In this document: one piece after another, positions 1 to 10,434 of the stretch
Position numbering within the stretch: position 1 is the first letter of the stretch
Layout: every line of letters begins with the position of its first letter
NCBI GenBank assembly: GCA_949290395.1
Contig: CASERQ010000002.1
Coordinates: forward strand, 130,727-194,726
From: an uncultured bacterium
Lineage (GTDB): Bacteria > Bacillota_I > Bacilli_A > RFN20 > CAG-826
Reading direction: 5' to 3'
DNA: 64,000 bases
Made by a program: the position numbers and the translations under genes
Notes under the pieces: model-generated
The model's input: the letters and a program-made list of their open reading frames with translations, nothing else
The model's database searches: none
What the model was told of the DNA's origin: nothing

Positions 1-1874
1 TGCAAAATACAGATACTAATTTTGAAACTGATTTATTTTTACCAATTATTAAAGATACAGAAAAACTCGCTAATAAACCATATGAAGGCGAATATTTAAT
101 GCCTTATAGAGTTATTGCAGACCACATTAGATCATGTACATTTGCTCTTGCCGATGGCGCTAACTTCTCTAATGAAGGGAGAGGTTACGTTTTAAGAAGA
201 ATTTTAAGAAGAGCTATGCGTTATGCTCAAAAAATAGGTTTATATGAACCATTCTTATATAAGCTAGTTGATAGTGTTATTAATGTAATGCATGATTTCT
301 ATCCTTACTTAGAAGAGAAAAAAGACTTCATTAAAAAAGTTATTAAAAATGAGGAAGAAAGATTTATTAAAACATTAAATAGTGGTGAGAATATCTTAAA
401 CACATTTATTAAAGACAAGACTGTATTAAGTGGTGAAGAAGCTTTCAAACTTTATGATACATTTGGGTTCCCAATTGAACTTACAATTGAAATTTGTGCA
501 GATAAAAATGTAAGTGTTGATATTGAAGGCTTTAAGGTTTGCTTAAATAAGCAAAAAGAACAAGCTAGAAATGCTCGTAAAAATATCGAATCTTTCAATA
601 AACAATCTAAAGACTTATTAGAGTTTAAAGAAAATAGTTTTTATACATATGATGATTTACCAGTTGAAGCTAAAATTATTGGTTTATTTAAGGACGGCGT
701 AAAAGTAGAAGAACTTGAAGATGAAGGTGATGTTATCTTCGATACCACTAATTTCTATGCTGAAATGGGTGGACAAGTTTCTGATATTGGCAAAGTTGTA
801 AGTGACGATGCTGAAGCTGAAGTTTTAAATGTTTTAACTGCACCTAATAAGCAACATTTACATCATGTCAAATTACTTTTTGGAACTTTAAAAGTTGGTT
901 CTGTTTTAAAATTAAATGTTGATCATGCTCGTCATTTCGCAATACAAAAGAACCACTCAGCAACGCACTTATTACAAGCTGCTTTAATTAATATTTTAGG
1001 CGATGAATGTCGACAAAAAGGTAGTTTTGTTAATGATGAATATTTAAGATTTGACTTCTCTTTTATGAGAAAAATTGACGATATTGAACTCAAAAAAGTC
1101 GAAAAACAAGTTAATGATTTTATTAGTCAAGGAATTGAAGAAAAAACACTTGTTTTACCAGTTGAAGAAGCAAAAAAGATTGGAGCTATCTCTCTATTTG
1201 ATGAAAAATATGGTGATGAAGTTCGAGTAGTTACATTTGGCGATGTTTCTAAAGAATTCTGTGGTGGAACTCACGTAAAGAACACAAGCGATATTGGTTT
1301 ATTTAAAATTATCAGCGAATCTTCTATTTCAAGTGGTGTTCGTAGAATTGAAGCAAAAACATCTTTAAGAGCTTATGAAGAATTCAAAAACAAAGAAGAA
1401 AGACTCAACGAAGCAAAGCAATTAATTGATGCTAAAATTGATTCTGAAATTAGTACTAAAGTTTCTAATTTAAAAGAAAGCATTGCAAATCTCGAACAAA
1501 AAGTTCAAAAGTACATCAATGAATTATCTTTAATTAAATCTGAATCTATTATAAAAGACGTTCAAGCTAATGGTTTTGCAGTCGCTTATATGAATGATTT
1601 TAATAAAGATGGACTTTTAGCTTTGCTTGACACTATTAAAGTAAAATGTAATTCCTATATTTTAGTTTTAATTGGAAAAGACAAAGGCAAATTTAATCTT
1701 GTTTGTGGAGTCAGTAAAGACAACATTGATAATGGTATTTTTGCTGGTAATGTTGTTAAGAAAGTTACATCAATTTTAGGTGGCAATGGCGGCGGAAGAA
1801 AAGACATGGCTCAAGGCAACGTTTTAAGTGTTGATAAGATTTCTTCAATTACAAAGGATTTACTTTTAAAATAA
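1..1874 (+). CDS. alaS: alanine--tRNA ligase (5' truncated by window edge)
   Basis: Frame is open from the window start (..TNFETDLF..). Motifs IADHIR, RGYVLRRILRRA, LYDTFGFP, NHSATHLL, EFCGGTHV and C-terminal GGNGGGR. Confidence 0.98.
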   Translation, partial: QNTDTNFETDLFLPIIKDTEKLANKPYEGEYLMPYRVIADHIRSCTFALADGANFSNEGRGYVLRRILRRAMRYAQKIGLYEPFLYKLVDSVINVMHDFYPYLEEKKDFIKKVIKNEEERFIKTLNSGENILNTFIKDKTVLSGEEAFKLYDTFGFPIELTIEICADKNVSVDIEGFKVCLNKQKEQARNARKNIESFNKQSKDLLEFKENSFYTYDDLPVEAKIIGLFKDGVKVEELEDEGDVIFDTTNFYAEMGGQVSDIGKVVSDDAEAEVLNVLTAPNKQHLHHVKLLFGTLKVGSVLKLNVDHARHFAIQKNHSATHLLQAALINILGDECRQKGSFVNDEYLRFDFSFMRKIDDIELKKVEKQVNDFISQGIEEKTLVLPVEEAKKIGAISLFDEKYGDEVRVVTFGDVSKEFCGGTHVKNTSDIGLFKIISESSISSGVRRIEAKTSLRAYEEFKNKEERLNEAKQLIDAKIDSEISTKVSNLKESIANLEQKVQKYINELSLIKSESIIKDVQANGFAVAYMNDFNKDGLLALLDTIKVKCNSYILVLIGKDKGKFNLVCGVSKDNIDNGIFAGNVVKKVTSILGGNGGGRKDMAQGNVLSVDKISSITKDLLLK

Positions 1875-1878
1875 GATA

Positions 1879-2316
1879 ATGGAAAAATATATTGGACTAG
1901 ATTTAGGAACTAAAAGTCTTGGTATTGCAATTAGCGATTCTTTAGGTATAATTCACCCACATGAAAACTTTAATTTTGAAGTCGGAAATTATAAAAAAGC
2001 TAGAGAACATCTCATTGAAATTTTAAAGGAAGAAAACATTACAAATGTTGTGATTGGTTATCCTTTACAACTTGATCTTAACGAAGGAAAAAGATGCCAA
2101 TCTGTTAAAAGATTTATTAATGATATCTTAGTTGTAATGCCTGATTTAACCGTCTTTTATCAAGATGAAAGTTTTTCAACAATCGAAGCTCGCGAAAGAC
2201 TAAGAGAACAAAACGTTAAAGAAGTAAAAATTAAGCAAATCATTGATATGATGAGTGCTGTTGTTATTTTAGAAGATTTTATAAGGAGTAAAGTTAAAAA
2301 TGGAACCGATAAATGA
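1879..2316 (+). CDS. ruvX: YqgF/RuvX-like pre-16S rRNA nuclease
   Basis: IGLDLGTKSLGIAISD, DESFST and IDMMSAVVILE motifs; follows alaS as in Firmicutes. Confidence 0.93.
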   Translation: MEKYIGLDLGTKSLGIAISDSLGIIHPHENFNFEVGNYKKAREHLIEILKEENITNVVIGYPLQLDLNEGKRCQSVKRFINDILVVMPDLTVFYQDESFSTIEARERLREQNVKEVKIKQIIDMMSAVVILEDFIRSKVKNGTDK

Positions 2317-2572
2317 AAATCAAATAGTAATTTATGACGAAGAAGGTAAAGAGTATTTAATGAATATCCTTTTTACCTATGAAAATCCAGATAGAAATGC
2401 ACAATATGTTTTTGTATATGACGATAATAACCCCGAAGAAGTTATCGTCATGAAATATAACGATGAACATGAATTATTCGAAGTAACTGATGAAGAGGAA
2501 CTTAAAGAAGCTGAGGAAGTTCTTGATGCTTATAACGAGGATCCTACGATTCAAGAATTTAAAGATAATTAA
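2300..2572 (+). CDS. DUF1292 (YrzB-like) acidic protein
   Basis: Small acidic protein in the usual position after ruvX (IVIYDEEGKE..LFEVTDEEE). Confidence 0.8.
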   Translation: MEPINENQIVIYDEEGKEYLMNILFTYENPDRNAQYVFVYDDNNPEEVIVMKYNDEHELFEVTDEEELKEAEEVLDAYNEDPTIQEFKDN

Positions 2573-2626
2573 TGCAAGATTTTGCTGATTTTGATATGAT
2601 ATTTAATCGATAAGTGAGGAATAAAA

Positions 2627-3109
2627 ATGGCTACAAAAGATATTATTTTAACTCAAGAAGGTCTTGACCAATTAAACGCTGAATATAGAAATTTGATTGA
2701 TGTCGAGCGTCCAGCTGTTATCGAAGCTCTTCAAAACGCAAGAGCTATGGGTGACTTAAGTGAAAACGCTGACTATGATGCTGCTAGAAATAAACAAGCT
2801 GAAATCGAAGGCAGAATCCATGAAATTGAAAACATTTTAGCTAATGCTAAAGTTGTTGAAGAAGGCAAAGGAAAAGCAAAAACAATTAACATTTCTAACG
2901 TTGTTACATTTGAAGATTTAAGTGATAACTCAACATTAACTGTTAAAATTGTTTCTAGCATTGAAGCTAATCCATTATCTAATGCTGAAAATATTAAAAT
3001 TTCCAATGAATGTCCTTTAGGTGCTGCACTTATTGGCCATAAAATTGGTGATGAAGTCGTTGTAAAAGCTAATCCAGATTATAAAGTTAGAATTATTGAC
3101 TTCAAATAA
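2627..3109 (+). CDS. greA: transcription elongation factor GreA
   Basis: ARAMGDLSENADYDAA motif and ISNECPLGAALIG. Confidence 0.97.
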   Translation: MATKDIILTQEGLDQLNAEYRNLIDVERPAVIEALQNARAMGDLSENADYDAARNKQAEIEGRIHEIENILANAKVVEEGKGKAKTINISNVVTFEDLSDNSTLTVKIVSSIEANPLSNAENIKISNECPLGAALIGHKIGDEVVVKANPDYKVRIIDFK

Positions 3110-3135
3110 TAAAAATTTTTAAGAAATTTATTAAT

Positions 3136-3169
3136 GACTCCTTTTGTACTTTATGAAAGGAGTTTTTTT
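3136..3169 (+). terminator. intrinsic terminator after greA whose 3' arm contains the comEA Shine-Dalgarno
   Basis: GACTCCTTTTGTA-CTT-TATGAAAGGAGTT stem (with G-U pairs) followed by a T run. Confidence 0.7.
3144..3162 (+). promoter_or_regulatory. 19-bp motif TTGTACTTTATGAAAGGAG upstream of comEA (identical copy at 25667-25685)
   Basis: Exact 19-nt match at two loci, each followed by a 7-nt spacer and ATG. Confidence 0.7.
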
Positions 3170-3709
3170 ATGTTAAAAGTTATAGCTGTAGTCGTAGTTG
3201 CAACGATAATAGGAATTGTTGCAATGAATTTTATTCCAAAGCTCTCAGGAGGTGGCAATGAGGGCGATCCTACTCAAGTCGTTGATGATCCAAACAAGTT
3301 AACAATAGGAATCACCGGTCAAGTTGTAAAACCTGGGAATTATATCTTAGAAGCAGAGAGCACTCTCCAAGATTTAATCGATAAATCGGGAGGAGTTAAT
3401 TCAAATGCTGATGATAGATGTTATTACCTAGATTTAGAAGTTAAAGCAAATGAAGAGTATTACATAGCTCCAAAATTTGATTTAAATGATATTTGTGGTG
3501 ATGAACCTCTTCCAAAAGTTAATGTAAATGACGCTTCTAAAGAAGAACTCATGACGATAAGTGGAATTGGCGATGCAATCGCGACACAAATTGTGACTTA
3601 TCGCAATGATAATGGGATTTTCTATTGTTTAGAAGACATCATGAATGTAAGTGGTATCGGAAACGCTACTTTTGAAAAGCTTAAAGATTCAATTTATCTA
3701 CATGAATAA
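3170..3709 (+). CDS. comEA: competence DNA receptor ComEA (TM, SLBB, HhH)
   Basis: N-terminal TM, GQVVKPGNY SLBB motif, VNVNDASKEELMTISGIG and VSGIGNATFEKLK HhH motifs. Start placed at ATG 3170 after AAAGGAG. Confidence 0.93.
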   Translation: MLKVIAVVVVATIIGIVAMNFIPKLSGGGNEGDPTQVVDDPNKLTIGITGQVVKPGNYILEAESTLQDLIDKSGGVNSNADDRCYYLDLEVKANEEYYIAPKFDLNDICGDEPLPKVNVNDASKEELMTISGIGDAIATQIVTYRNDNGIFYCLEDIMNVSGIGNATFEKLKDSIYLHE

Positions 3710-3714
3710 TTAGA

Positions 3715-5730
3715 ATGTATATTTTCACGATATTATTAGTTGCTATTTCAGCACTATTAATAACGAAACTAAATACACTTGTAATCGGCATTGCTGTATT
3801 ATTCTTTTCTTTACTCATTTTTCTTAAGAAATTTCGCTTTGATAAGAAGAAATTAATAATTTACTTTTCAATATTTGGGTTATTTTTGCTTTGTGGATGT
3901 ATAAATATTAGCTCGCTTCAAGAGGCAAATAACTTTGCAGGAATAGTTATCAGGCGAAAAGAAAATTATGTTGTTGTTTTTGATGGCTTAGAACAGTTTT
4001 ATGTTTATTCGAAAAATAATGAAATTAATCTTTTTGATATTATTAAAATCAATGGAAGTTTTGGGGATATTACTTTTACAAGCATAGAAAGTGAATTTGA
4101 CTTCAAAAATTACTTAAATAAACTCGGAATTGAACGTCAAATATACCTAAATTCATATACAACATTACTAAAAAATCCTATCGATTTTAGTCTATTTAAT
4201 AATTACATATTTAATCAAATAAATAGCAAAAAATCTAAAACAATTGTAAATACATTGTTTTTAGATAATGTAAATTTTGATGATTTCTTTAAAAATAGCA
4301 TTTTAAAGAACGCAATATTCTTTTTGCTTTCTTTTTCAGGCATTTATTTTAATTATTTTATTTACAAAGCTAATTCTTTTTTTAAAAACCATTTTAATAA
4401 CAAAATTGCAACCATTTTAACCGTTTTGTTGGTCGCACCTTTATTTGTTTTAAACGTTCAAAGTTTCATTGTAAAAAGACTTTTGGTTTTTTACCTAGTA
4501 AAGTTTATTTCAAATAAATTTGGGATTAAAGATCCCTTAACAATAAAGTCTTTTTCGTATCTTGTATTACTTATAAATAAATATAATTTGTATCAATATG
4601 GTTTTATTATGCCGCTAATAATTTCAACAGTAATGAGTTTTTCAAGAATGCTTTTTAAGAGAAAAAAATGGTATATAAAAAAGTTTGCTCCAATGCTATT
4701 AATTTTTATAACTATCCTTCCTTTTAACATTCAATTTAATAACTCATTCAATGTTGTTACAATATTATTTTCATTTATTATAATGCCAATTATCCGATTT
4801 TTAATAGTTATGATGTTACCTTTAGTGATACATATCAAAATCCCGTTTTTAGAGAACATTTTAGATTTTTTCTATGATTTGATAGTTAAATTAGACATAA
4901 GTATGTTTAGTGTTAATGTGCCTCCTTTTGATGAAATAACTTTAATAATTTATTACCTAATTTTGTTTATCTTATTATATTTTTTAGAAATAAAATTTCA
5001 AAAATTTTATAAACCTGTTGCCCTTTTAATAACTTCATTTATTCTCTTGTATTCTTTACCTATAAAAAACACTTTTACATCGAAAGTATCATTTATTAAT
5101 GTCGGTCAAGGAGATTCAACGTTAATAAGAGTTAAGAATAAAACTATATTAATTGATACTGGAGGAAATTTACATAAAGATATAGCAACAAACTCTTTAA
5201 TTCCTTATTTTAAAAAGAACAGAATATATAAAATCGATGCTGTTTTTATAACTCATTATGATGTTGATCATTACTATGCTCTTGAAAGCTTAAAAGTCAA
5301 TTTTAATGTATTAAAAGTTTATGATTATAACAATTTTAATGAATATAATAACGAGATAATTCCTATATACAACTTAAATAATAATTTTTCTAATGTTGTA
5401 GATGAAAATAGTAGATCATTAGTACTTGATGTTCGAGTGGATGATAAAAAATTCCTGTTTATGGGAGATGCGCCGATTGAAATTGAAAAAAATATTTTGG
5501 ACAATTATGAAAATTTAGACTGTGATATTTTAAAAGTCGGACACCATGGTAGTGACACAAGTTCTTCTTTAGAATTTTTAAAAGAAGTTTCTCCAGAAGA
5601 AGCCGTTATTAGTTGCGGAATCAACAACTCTTATGGACATCCACATGAAGAAGTAATTAAGAATTTAGAGAAATTAAATATCAAAATTAGACGTACTGAT
5701 TTAGAAGGAACAATAGAATATACGATCTAA
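3715..5730 (+). CDS. comEC: DNA uptake channel ComEC/Rec2
   Basis: Multiple TM segments plus a C-terminal MBL domain (NVGQGDS, IDTGG, THYDVDH, LKVGHHGS, NSYGHPH). Confidence 0.93.
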   Translation: MYIFTILLVAISALLITKLNTLVIGIAVLFFSLLIFLKKFRFDKKKLIIYFSIFGLFLLCGCINISSLQEANNFAGIVIRRKENYVVVFDGLEQFYVYSKNNEINLFDIIKINGSFGDITFTSIESEFDFKNYLNKLGIERQIYLNSYTTLLKNPIDFSLFNNYIFNQINSKKSKTIVNTLFLDNVNFDDFFKNSILKNAIFFLLSFSGIYFNYFIYKANSFFKNHFNNKIATILTVLLVAPLFVLNVQSFIVKRLLVFYLVKFISNKFGIKDPLTIKSFSYLVLLINKYNLYQYGFIMPLIISTVMSFSRMLFKRKKWYIKKFAPMLLIFITILPFNIQFNNSFNVVTILFSFIIMPIIRFLIVMMLPLVIHIKIPFLENILDFFYDLIVKLDISMFSVNVPPFDEITLIIYYLILFILLYFLEIKFQKFYKPVALLITSFILLYSLPIKNTFTSKVSFINVGQGDSTLIRVKNKTILIDTGGNLHKDIATNSLIPYFKKNRIYKIDAVFITHYDVDHYYALESLKVNFNVLKVYDYNNFNEYNNEIIPIYNLNNNFSNVVDENSRSLVLDVRVDDKKFLFMGDAPIEIEKNILDNYENLDCDILKVGHHGSDTSSSLEFLKEVSPEEAVISCGINNSYGHPHEEVIKNLEKLNIKIRRTDLEGTIEYTI

Positions 5731-5744
5731 AAAATGTAAAATTA

Positions 5745-6704
5745 ATGAGTATGATTTATTTACTTTATGGAAATGAAAACACGATGATCAATAATCGTGT
5801 TAAGAAAATAAAAAGAGAAATTTTTTCTGAATCCGATGAATATATCGTTAATTTTGATTTAAAAAACGATAGTTTAGGTAGTATTATTGATGAAATTAAC
5901 CAATTTTTCTTGATTGGTGATGCAAAATTAATTGTTGTTGATAATGTAGAAATTTTTGAAAAAGAAACTAAAGATAAACAAAAAAACAACCTTTTAAAAG
6001 AACTATTTAATTCAATCGAAAACATAGGTGAAAATATAAACCTTATTTTCATCGTTCATAATTCTTCCATAAATGTAAAAAGTGATTTATATAAATTAAT
6101 ACTTAAAAATGGCAAAATTCTTGAATTTAAAGACATTCAAAAGAGTGATTGGCCGGTTTATGCTAATCAATTTTTTAAGAAAAGAAATATTACTATATCA
6201 AATGAAGCACTTAATGAACTTATAAAAAGATCAAATGGCGATTTAAATACCTTTAATAACGAAGCTAACAAACTAATTATCTATAAAATCAATAATATTA
6301 CATTAGAAGATGTAGAAGCTCTCGTTCCTCAATCACTTGATGATGATGTTTTTAAGATCATGAACTCCTTAAATGCTGGCGATAAGCAATCCGCACTTAA
6401 AGTTTATTATGATTTAAGGGTTAAAAACATTGAACCAGTTACTTTAATTAATCTTTTTGCTTCATCATTGTTATTTACACTAAACGTTAAAAATCTTTTA
6501 AACCAGAATATAAAAGTCGATGAAATAGCCAAAATTACTGGAAGTAGTACTGGAAGAGTCTATGTAACTATCAAAAACGCTAAAAATTTTTCTTTTGAAT
6601 TTATTTCTTCAAAATTAGAAAAGTTAGAAGAACTTGATCGAAAAATTAAACATAGTGAAACAGATAGATTTTTAGCTTTTGAAACCTTTTTAATTGAATA
6701 TTAA
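5745..6704 (+). CDS. holA: DNA polymerase III delta subunit
   Basis: IYLLYGNE start, NEANKLIIY, and comEC-holA-rpsT synteny. Confidence 0.9.
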   Translation: MSMIYLLYGNENTMINNRVKKIKREIFSESDEYIVNFDLKNDSLGSIIDEINQFFLIGDAKLIVVDNVEIFEKETKDKQKNNLLKELFNSIENIGENINLIFIVHNSSINVKSDLYKLILKNGKILEFKDIQKSDWPVYANQFFKKRNITISNEALNELIKRSNGDLNTFNNEANKLIIYKINNITLEDVEALVPQSLDDDVFKIMNSLNAGDKQSALKVYYDLRVKNIEPVTLINLFASSLLFTLNVKNLLNQNIKVDEIAKITGSSTGRVYVTIKNAKNFSFEFISSKLEKLEELDRKIKHSETDRFLAFETFLIEY

Positions 6705-6713
6705 TGTTAACGC

Positions 6714-6739
6714 AAAAAAAGAGCATAACAAGTATGCTC
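6714..6739 (-). terminator. intrinsic terminator of rpsT
   Basis: GAGCATA-ACAAG-TATGCTC hairpin with an A7 run on the left (U-tract on the - strand). Confidence 0.7.
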
Positions 6740-6770
6740 ATCAATTTTAAGTTTAATTAGCCGTTTTTAA

Positions 6771-7037
6771 TTACTTGCCGATTTTGTTAACTAATAATTG
6801 AAGGTTAGATTTTTGTCTGTTAGCTGTACCTTTGTGTTCGATACCTTTTGTAACAGCTCTATCAATAATGGAGAATGCTTTGACTAAAGCTTCTTTTGCT
6901 TTTGCAGCATCATTAGCTTCGCATGCAACTCTAACAGCTTTCATTGCAGTTCTTAATTTTGATTTATAAGCAACGTTTCTAACTCTAGCTTTTTCGTTTG
7001 TGAGAATTCTTTTCTTTTGTGATTTAATGTTTGCCAT
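6771..7037 (-). CDS. rpsT: 30S ribosomal protein S20
   Basis: MANIKSQKKRILTNEKAR N-terminus. Confidence 0.98.
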   Translation of the reverse strand: MANIKSQKKRILTNEKARVRNVAYKSKLRTAMKAVRVACEANDAAKAKEALVKAFSIIDRAVTKGIEHKGTANRQKSNLQLLVNKIGK

Positions 7038-7134
7038 AATAATTACCTCTTTCGATACGAAAAAGATTTTATCATAAAAGAAGTAAAAGCAAACACGAAT
7101 TGATAAAATAAATAGCCGGAAAGTTTAGAAAAAT

Positions 7135-8076
7135 ATGATTAAAAAAGATTTAAGAATTGTTTACCTAGGAACACCTAAAATTAGTGCTATTGTTTTAGAG
7201 AAATTAATAGCAAATGGATACAACATTGTAGCCCTTGTTTCACAAGCAGATAAGCCTCAAGGAAGAAAGATGATTTTAATGGCAACCGAAACGAAAAAAG
7301 TTGCTGAAAAGTATAATATTCCTGTTTTTCAACCTGCAAAATTGCGCGATGATTATGCTTTTTTATATGATTTAAAGCCTGATATCATTTTGACTATGGC
7401 CTATGGACAAATCATACCTAAAGTAGTGCTTGATATTCCTACATGCAGTCCTTTAAATTTACACGGCTCTTTATTACCAAAATATCGTGGAGCTAGCCCT
7501 ATTCAAGCTGCTCTATTAAATGGTGACAAAGTTACTGGCATCACATTAATGGAAATGGTTGAAAAAATGGATGCTGGCAGAATGTTTTACAAAAAAGAAA
7601 TTAACATTTCAGAAGACGATAATTACGAAACATTATCTTTAAAATTAGCCGATCTTGCTTACGAAACTTTTGATGAAGGTATTCAAGATGTAGTAGATGG
7701 AGTTAATAAAGGCGAAGAACAGGATGAAAATTTAGTAAGTTTTACTAAAAAAATTAAGTCTGAAGACTCTCAAATTACGTTTAGAGAAAATACTGATGAA
7801 ATCGTAAATAAAGTAAGAGCATTTTATCCTGATCCAGGAACATTTTTTGTTTATCAAAATGTTAAATATAAATTAGGCAAGGTTAAAAAAGTTAAAAATA
7901 TTCATAATTCAACCCCTGGTTTAATTCAAAATTATGATAAAAATGGGTTTTTTATTGAAACTGCCGATGGAGTAGTTTCAATTGAACAAATTCAAAAACC
8001 AGGAAAAAACATGATGGATTTCAAATCTTTTTTTAACGGAAATCAAAATTTATTCAAAAAAAGTGAAATTATTTAA
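7135..8076 (+). CDS. fmt: methionyl-tRNA formyltransferase
   Basis: MAYGQII, NLHGSLLPKYRGASPIQ and MDAG motifs. Confidence 0.97.
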   Translation: MIKKDLRIVYLGTPKISAIVLEKLIANGYNIVALVSQADKPQGRKMILMATETKKVAEKYNIPVFQPAKLRDDYAFLYDLKPDIILTMAYGQIIPKVVLDIPTCSPLNLHGSLLPKYRGASPIQAALLNGDKVTGITLMEMVEKMDAGRMFYKKEINISEDDNYETLSLKLADLAYETFDEGIQDVVDGVNKGEEQDENLVSFTKKIKSEDSQITFRENTDEIVNKVRAFYPDPGTFFVYQNVKYKLGKVKKVKNIHNSTPGLIQNYDKNGFFIETADGVVSIEQIQKPGKNMMDFKSFFNGNQNLFKKSEII

Positions 8077-10412
8077 TGAAAAAAGTTGAATTATCAGTTC
8101 ACGAACTTGTTGATTTTGTCCTTAGAAAAGGCAGTATTGATACCCGAACTTTTAATGCTATAACGATGCAAGAGGGTACAAGACTTCATTCAATTTATCA
8201 AAGTAAACAAGGTGATAATTATTTAAAAGAATATCCTTTAAATGGTTATTTTACCTACCAAGATTATTTGATTTATCTTATTGGAAGAGCAGATGGCATC
8301 ATTTTAAAAGATATTCCAATTATTGAAGAAATTAAGTCTACAAACGCAGATTTAGATAAATTTTTTGAAGAAAACGAAGCTTGGCATCTTGGTCAAGCCA
8401 TTTGCTATGCATACTTATATTTAAGAGAAAAGAAAATAGACGAAATTTCAATTAGATTAACCTATATTTCTCAAATAGATCCATCAAAACTCTTAAAAAA
8501 GGACTATAAATTTAGCGAAGACGAACTTTTAAATATAATTAACTCTTATTTTCGCGATTACTTTGAGTTTGCAAGTATCATAGAAATCCGCAATCAAAAA
8601 AGAGATGAAACTCTTGAAGAACTTGTTTTTCCTTTTGAAGAAATTAGAAGCGGACAAAAAGAGTTAATTGAATTCACTAAAGAGACGATTGCAAACGTAG
8701 AACTTAGTTTTGCAGAAGCAAGCACTGGAATTGGAAAAACTATAGCCTGTATTTATTCAACTCTTGGATATTTAAAAAACAAAAAATTAGATAAAATTTT
8801 TTATCTTTGTCCAAAAAATATTAATTTTGATAACTCAGCAAAGGCTTTAGAAATATTAAATAACTATGGATATAAGTTATCTTACGTCGAAATAAGAGCT
8901 AAATCTAAAATGTGCCCTTACAATTTAGAAAAAAACTGTAATCCTAATGATTGTCCTTTATCAATTAATTATTACTCCAAATTAAAAGAAGCGTTGAGTG
9001 ATGCTTTAAAACACGATGATCTTTTCGATAGCGAAACGATTAATAAATATTCGTCGAAATATGAGATTTGTCCTTTTGAGTTTTCTTTAGATTTATCATT
9101 ATTTGTTGATTTTCTAATATGTGATTACAACTATGCTTTTCACCCAATTTCATATTTAAAACGCTTCTTTGATGCGCCTGATAAAGCATATAAACTTTTT
9201 GCTCTCATCGACGAAGCCCACAATCTTATCGATCGAGCTCGTGATATGTATAGCGTAACTTTTGACGAAAAATCATATAAGAATTTGTTAAAAGAAGTGA
9301 AAGAATATAAAACAAATGAATTAAATAGAATAATTAGAAAAATAAATAAAGATATTAAATTGTTTAAAAAATTTGAGTTTGAAGATAAACCAATTATTCT
9401 TGAAAATATCGACAAAGATTTCATTAGTAAGCTCCAAACTTTTAAGACTGTAATGAGTAAAATTGAAGCGGATAACCCTAAATTAAAACTTAAAAAAGGA
9501 AGAGATTTTCTTATAGATTTACATAAATTTTTAGTAATTTTTGATTCCATAAATGACGGATTTAAGATTATTCTGTCAAGTTTTCATGATAATTTAGAAA
9601 TCAAACTTTTTTGCATTGACCCTTCTGAATACTTAAATAGAACTCTTTTTAAATTTATGGGGGCAGAATTTTTTAGTGCAACTTTAACACCTGTAGATTA
9701 TTTTGAAAAAGTTACTTTAAATAACGATAAATATAAAAATATAAGATTAGAATCACCATTTGATGCGGAAAACTTCCTTCTCTTAGTTAATCATTCTCTT
9801 TCCATTAAATACAAGGATAGGATGGCAACAATTGACGAAGTCTCTAAAGAAATCGAATGTTTTGTCTCTAAAAAAGTAGGAAACTATTTTGTTTTTGTTC
9901 CTTCTTTTGAATATTTATCGATGATTCAAGATCGTTTTAAAGATGATGAACGCTTTATTTTTCAAAAAGCAACAATGTCTATAAAAGAAAAAGATGAATT
10001 TTTGGCAAATTTTGTAGAAAATCCTCAATCAACAAAGGTTGGAATTTGTGTAATCAGTGGTTCTTTTTCAGAAAGTGTGGATTTGACTGGAGATAGATTA
10101 ATTGGAGTTGTTGTAGTTGGTGTAGGAATGCCACAAGTTAATTTTGAAAATAATCTAATAAAAGAATTTTATGACTCAAAAGAAATTAATGGATTTGATT
10201 TTGCTTACACTAATCCTGGAATAAATAAAGTTCTTCAAGCAATTGGAAGAGTTATAAGAACAAAAAACGACAAAGGATGCGCATTAATCATTGATTCACG
10301 ATATTCTTATGGAAATTATCGAAAAATAATTGAATCAAGATATAAGAACCTTAAAAGAATAAGAAATATAAACGAACTTAATCTTTCTTTAGAATCTTTT
10401 TATAAAAAATAA
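8076..10412 (+). CDS. DinG/XPD-family FeS helicase with N-terminal PD-(D/E)XK (Cas4-like) nuclease domain
   Basis: Nuclease motifs GTRLH, GRADG, EEIKST, QAICYAY. Helicase motifs ASTGIGKT, Cys cluster, CDYNY, DEAHNL, SATL, QAIGRVIR. Confidence 0.88.
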   Translation: MKKVELSVHELVDFVLRKGSIDTRTFNAITMQEGTRLHSIYQSKQGDNYLKEYPLNGYFTYQDYLIYLIGRADGIILKDIPIIEEIKSTNADLDKFFEENEAWHLGQAICYAYLYLREKKIDEISIRLTYISQIDPSKLLKKDYKFSEDELLNIINSYFRDYFEFASIIEIRNQKRDETLEELVFPFEEIRSGQKELIEFTKETIANVELSFAEASTGIGKTIACIYSTLGYLKNKKLDKIFYLCPKNINFDNSAKALEILNNYGYKLSYVEIRAKSKMCPYNLEKNCNPNDCPLSINYYSKLKEALSDALKHDDLFDSETINKYSSKYEICPFEFSLDLSLFVDFLICDYNYAFHPISYLKRFFDAPDKAYKLFALIDEAHNLIDRARDMYSVTFDEKSYKNLLKEVKEYKTNELNRIIRKINKDIKLFKKFEFEDKPIILENIDKDFISKLQTFKTVMSKIEADNPKLKLKKGRDFLIDLHKFLVIFDSINDGFKIILSSFHDNLEIKLFCIDPSEYLNRTLFKFMGAEFFSATLTPVDYFEKVTLNNDKYKNIRLESPFDAENFLLLVNHSLSIKYKDRMATIDEVSKEIECFVSKKVGNYFVFVPSFEYLSMIQDRFKDDERFIFQKATMSIKEKDEFLANFVENPQSTKVGICVISGSFSESVDLTGDRLIGVVVVGVGMPQVNFENNLIKEFYDSKEINGFDFAYTNPGINKVLQAIGRVIRTKNDKGCALIIDSRYSYGNYRKIIESRYKNLKRIRNINELNLSLESFYKK

Positions 10413-10434
10413 TTAGTGATATACTTTTTGAGTT

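Noticed and set aside
5408..5429. Two-unit phased match ATAGTAGATCA TTAGTACTTGA in comEC
   Set aside because: Only two units, which is plausible by chance, so it was not counted as an array.
8076..8650. Cas4-like domain taken as evidence for a CRISPR-Cas or type IV DinG system
   Set aside because: It is fused to a helicase between fmt and lepA, with no cas genes or array nearby.
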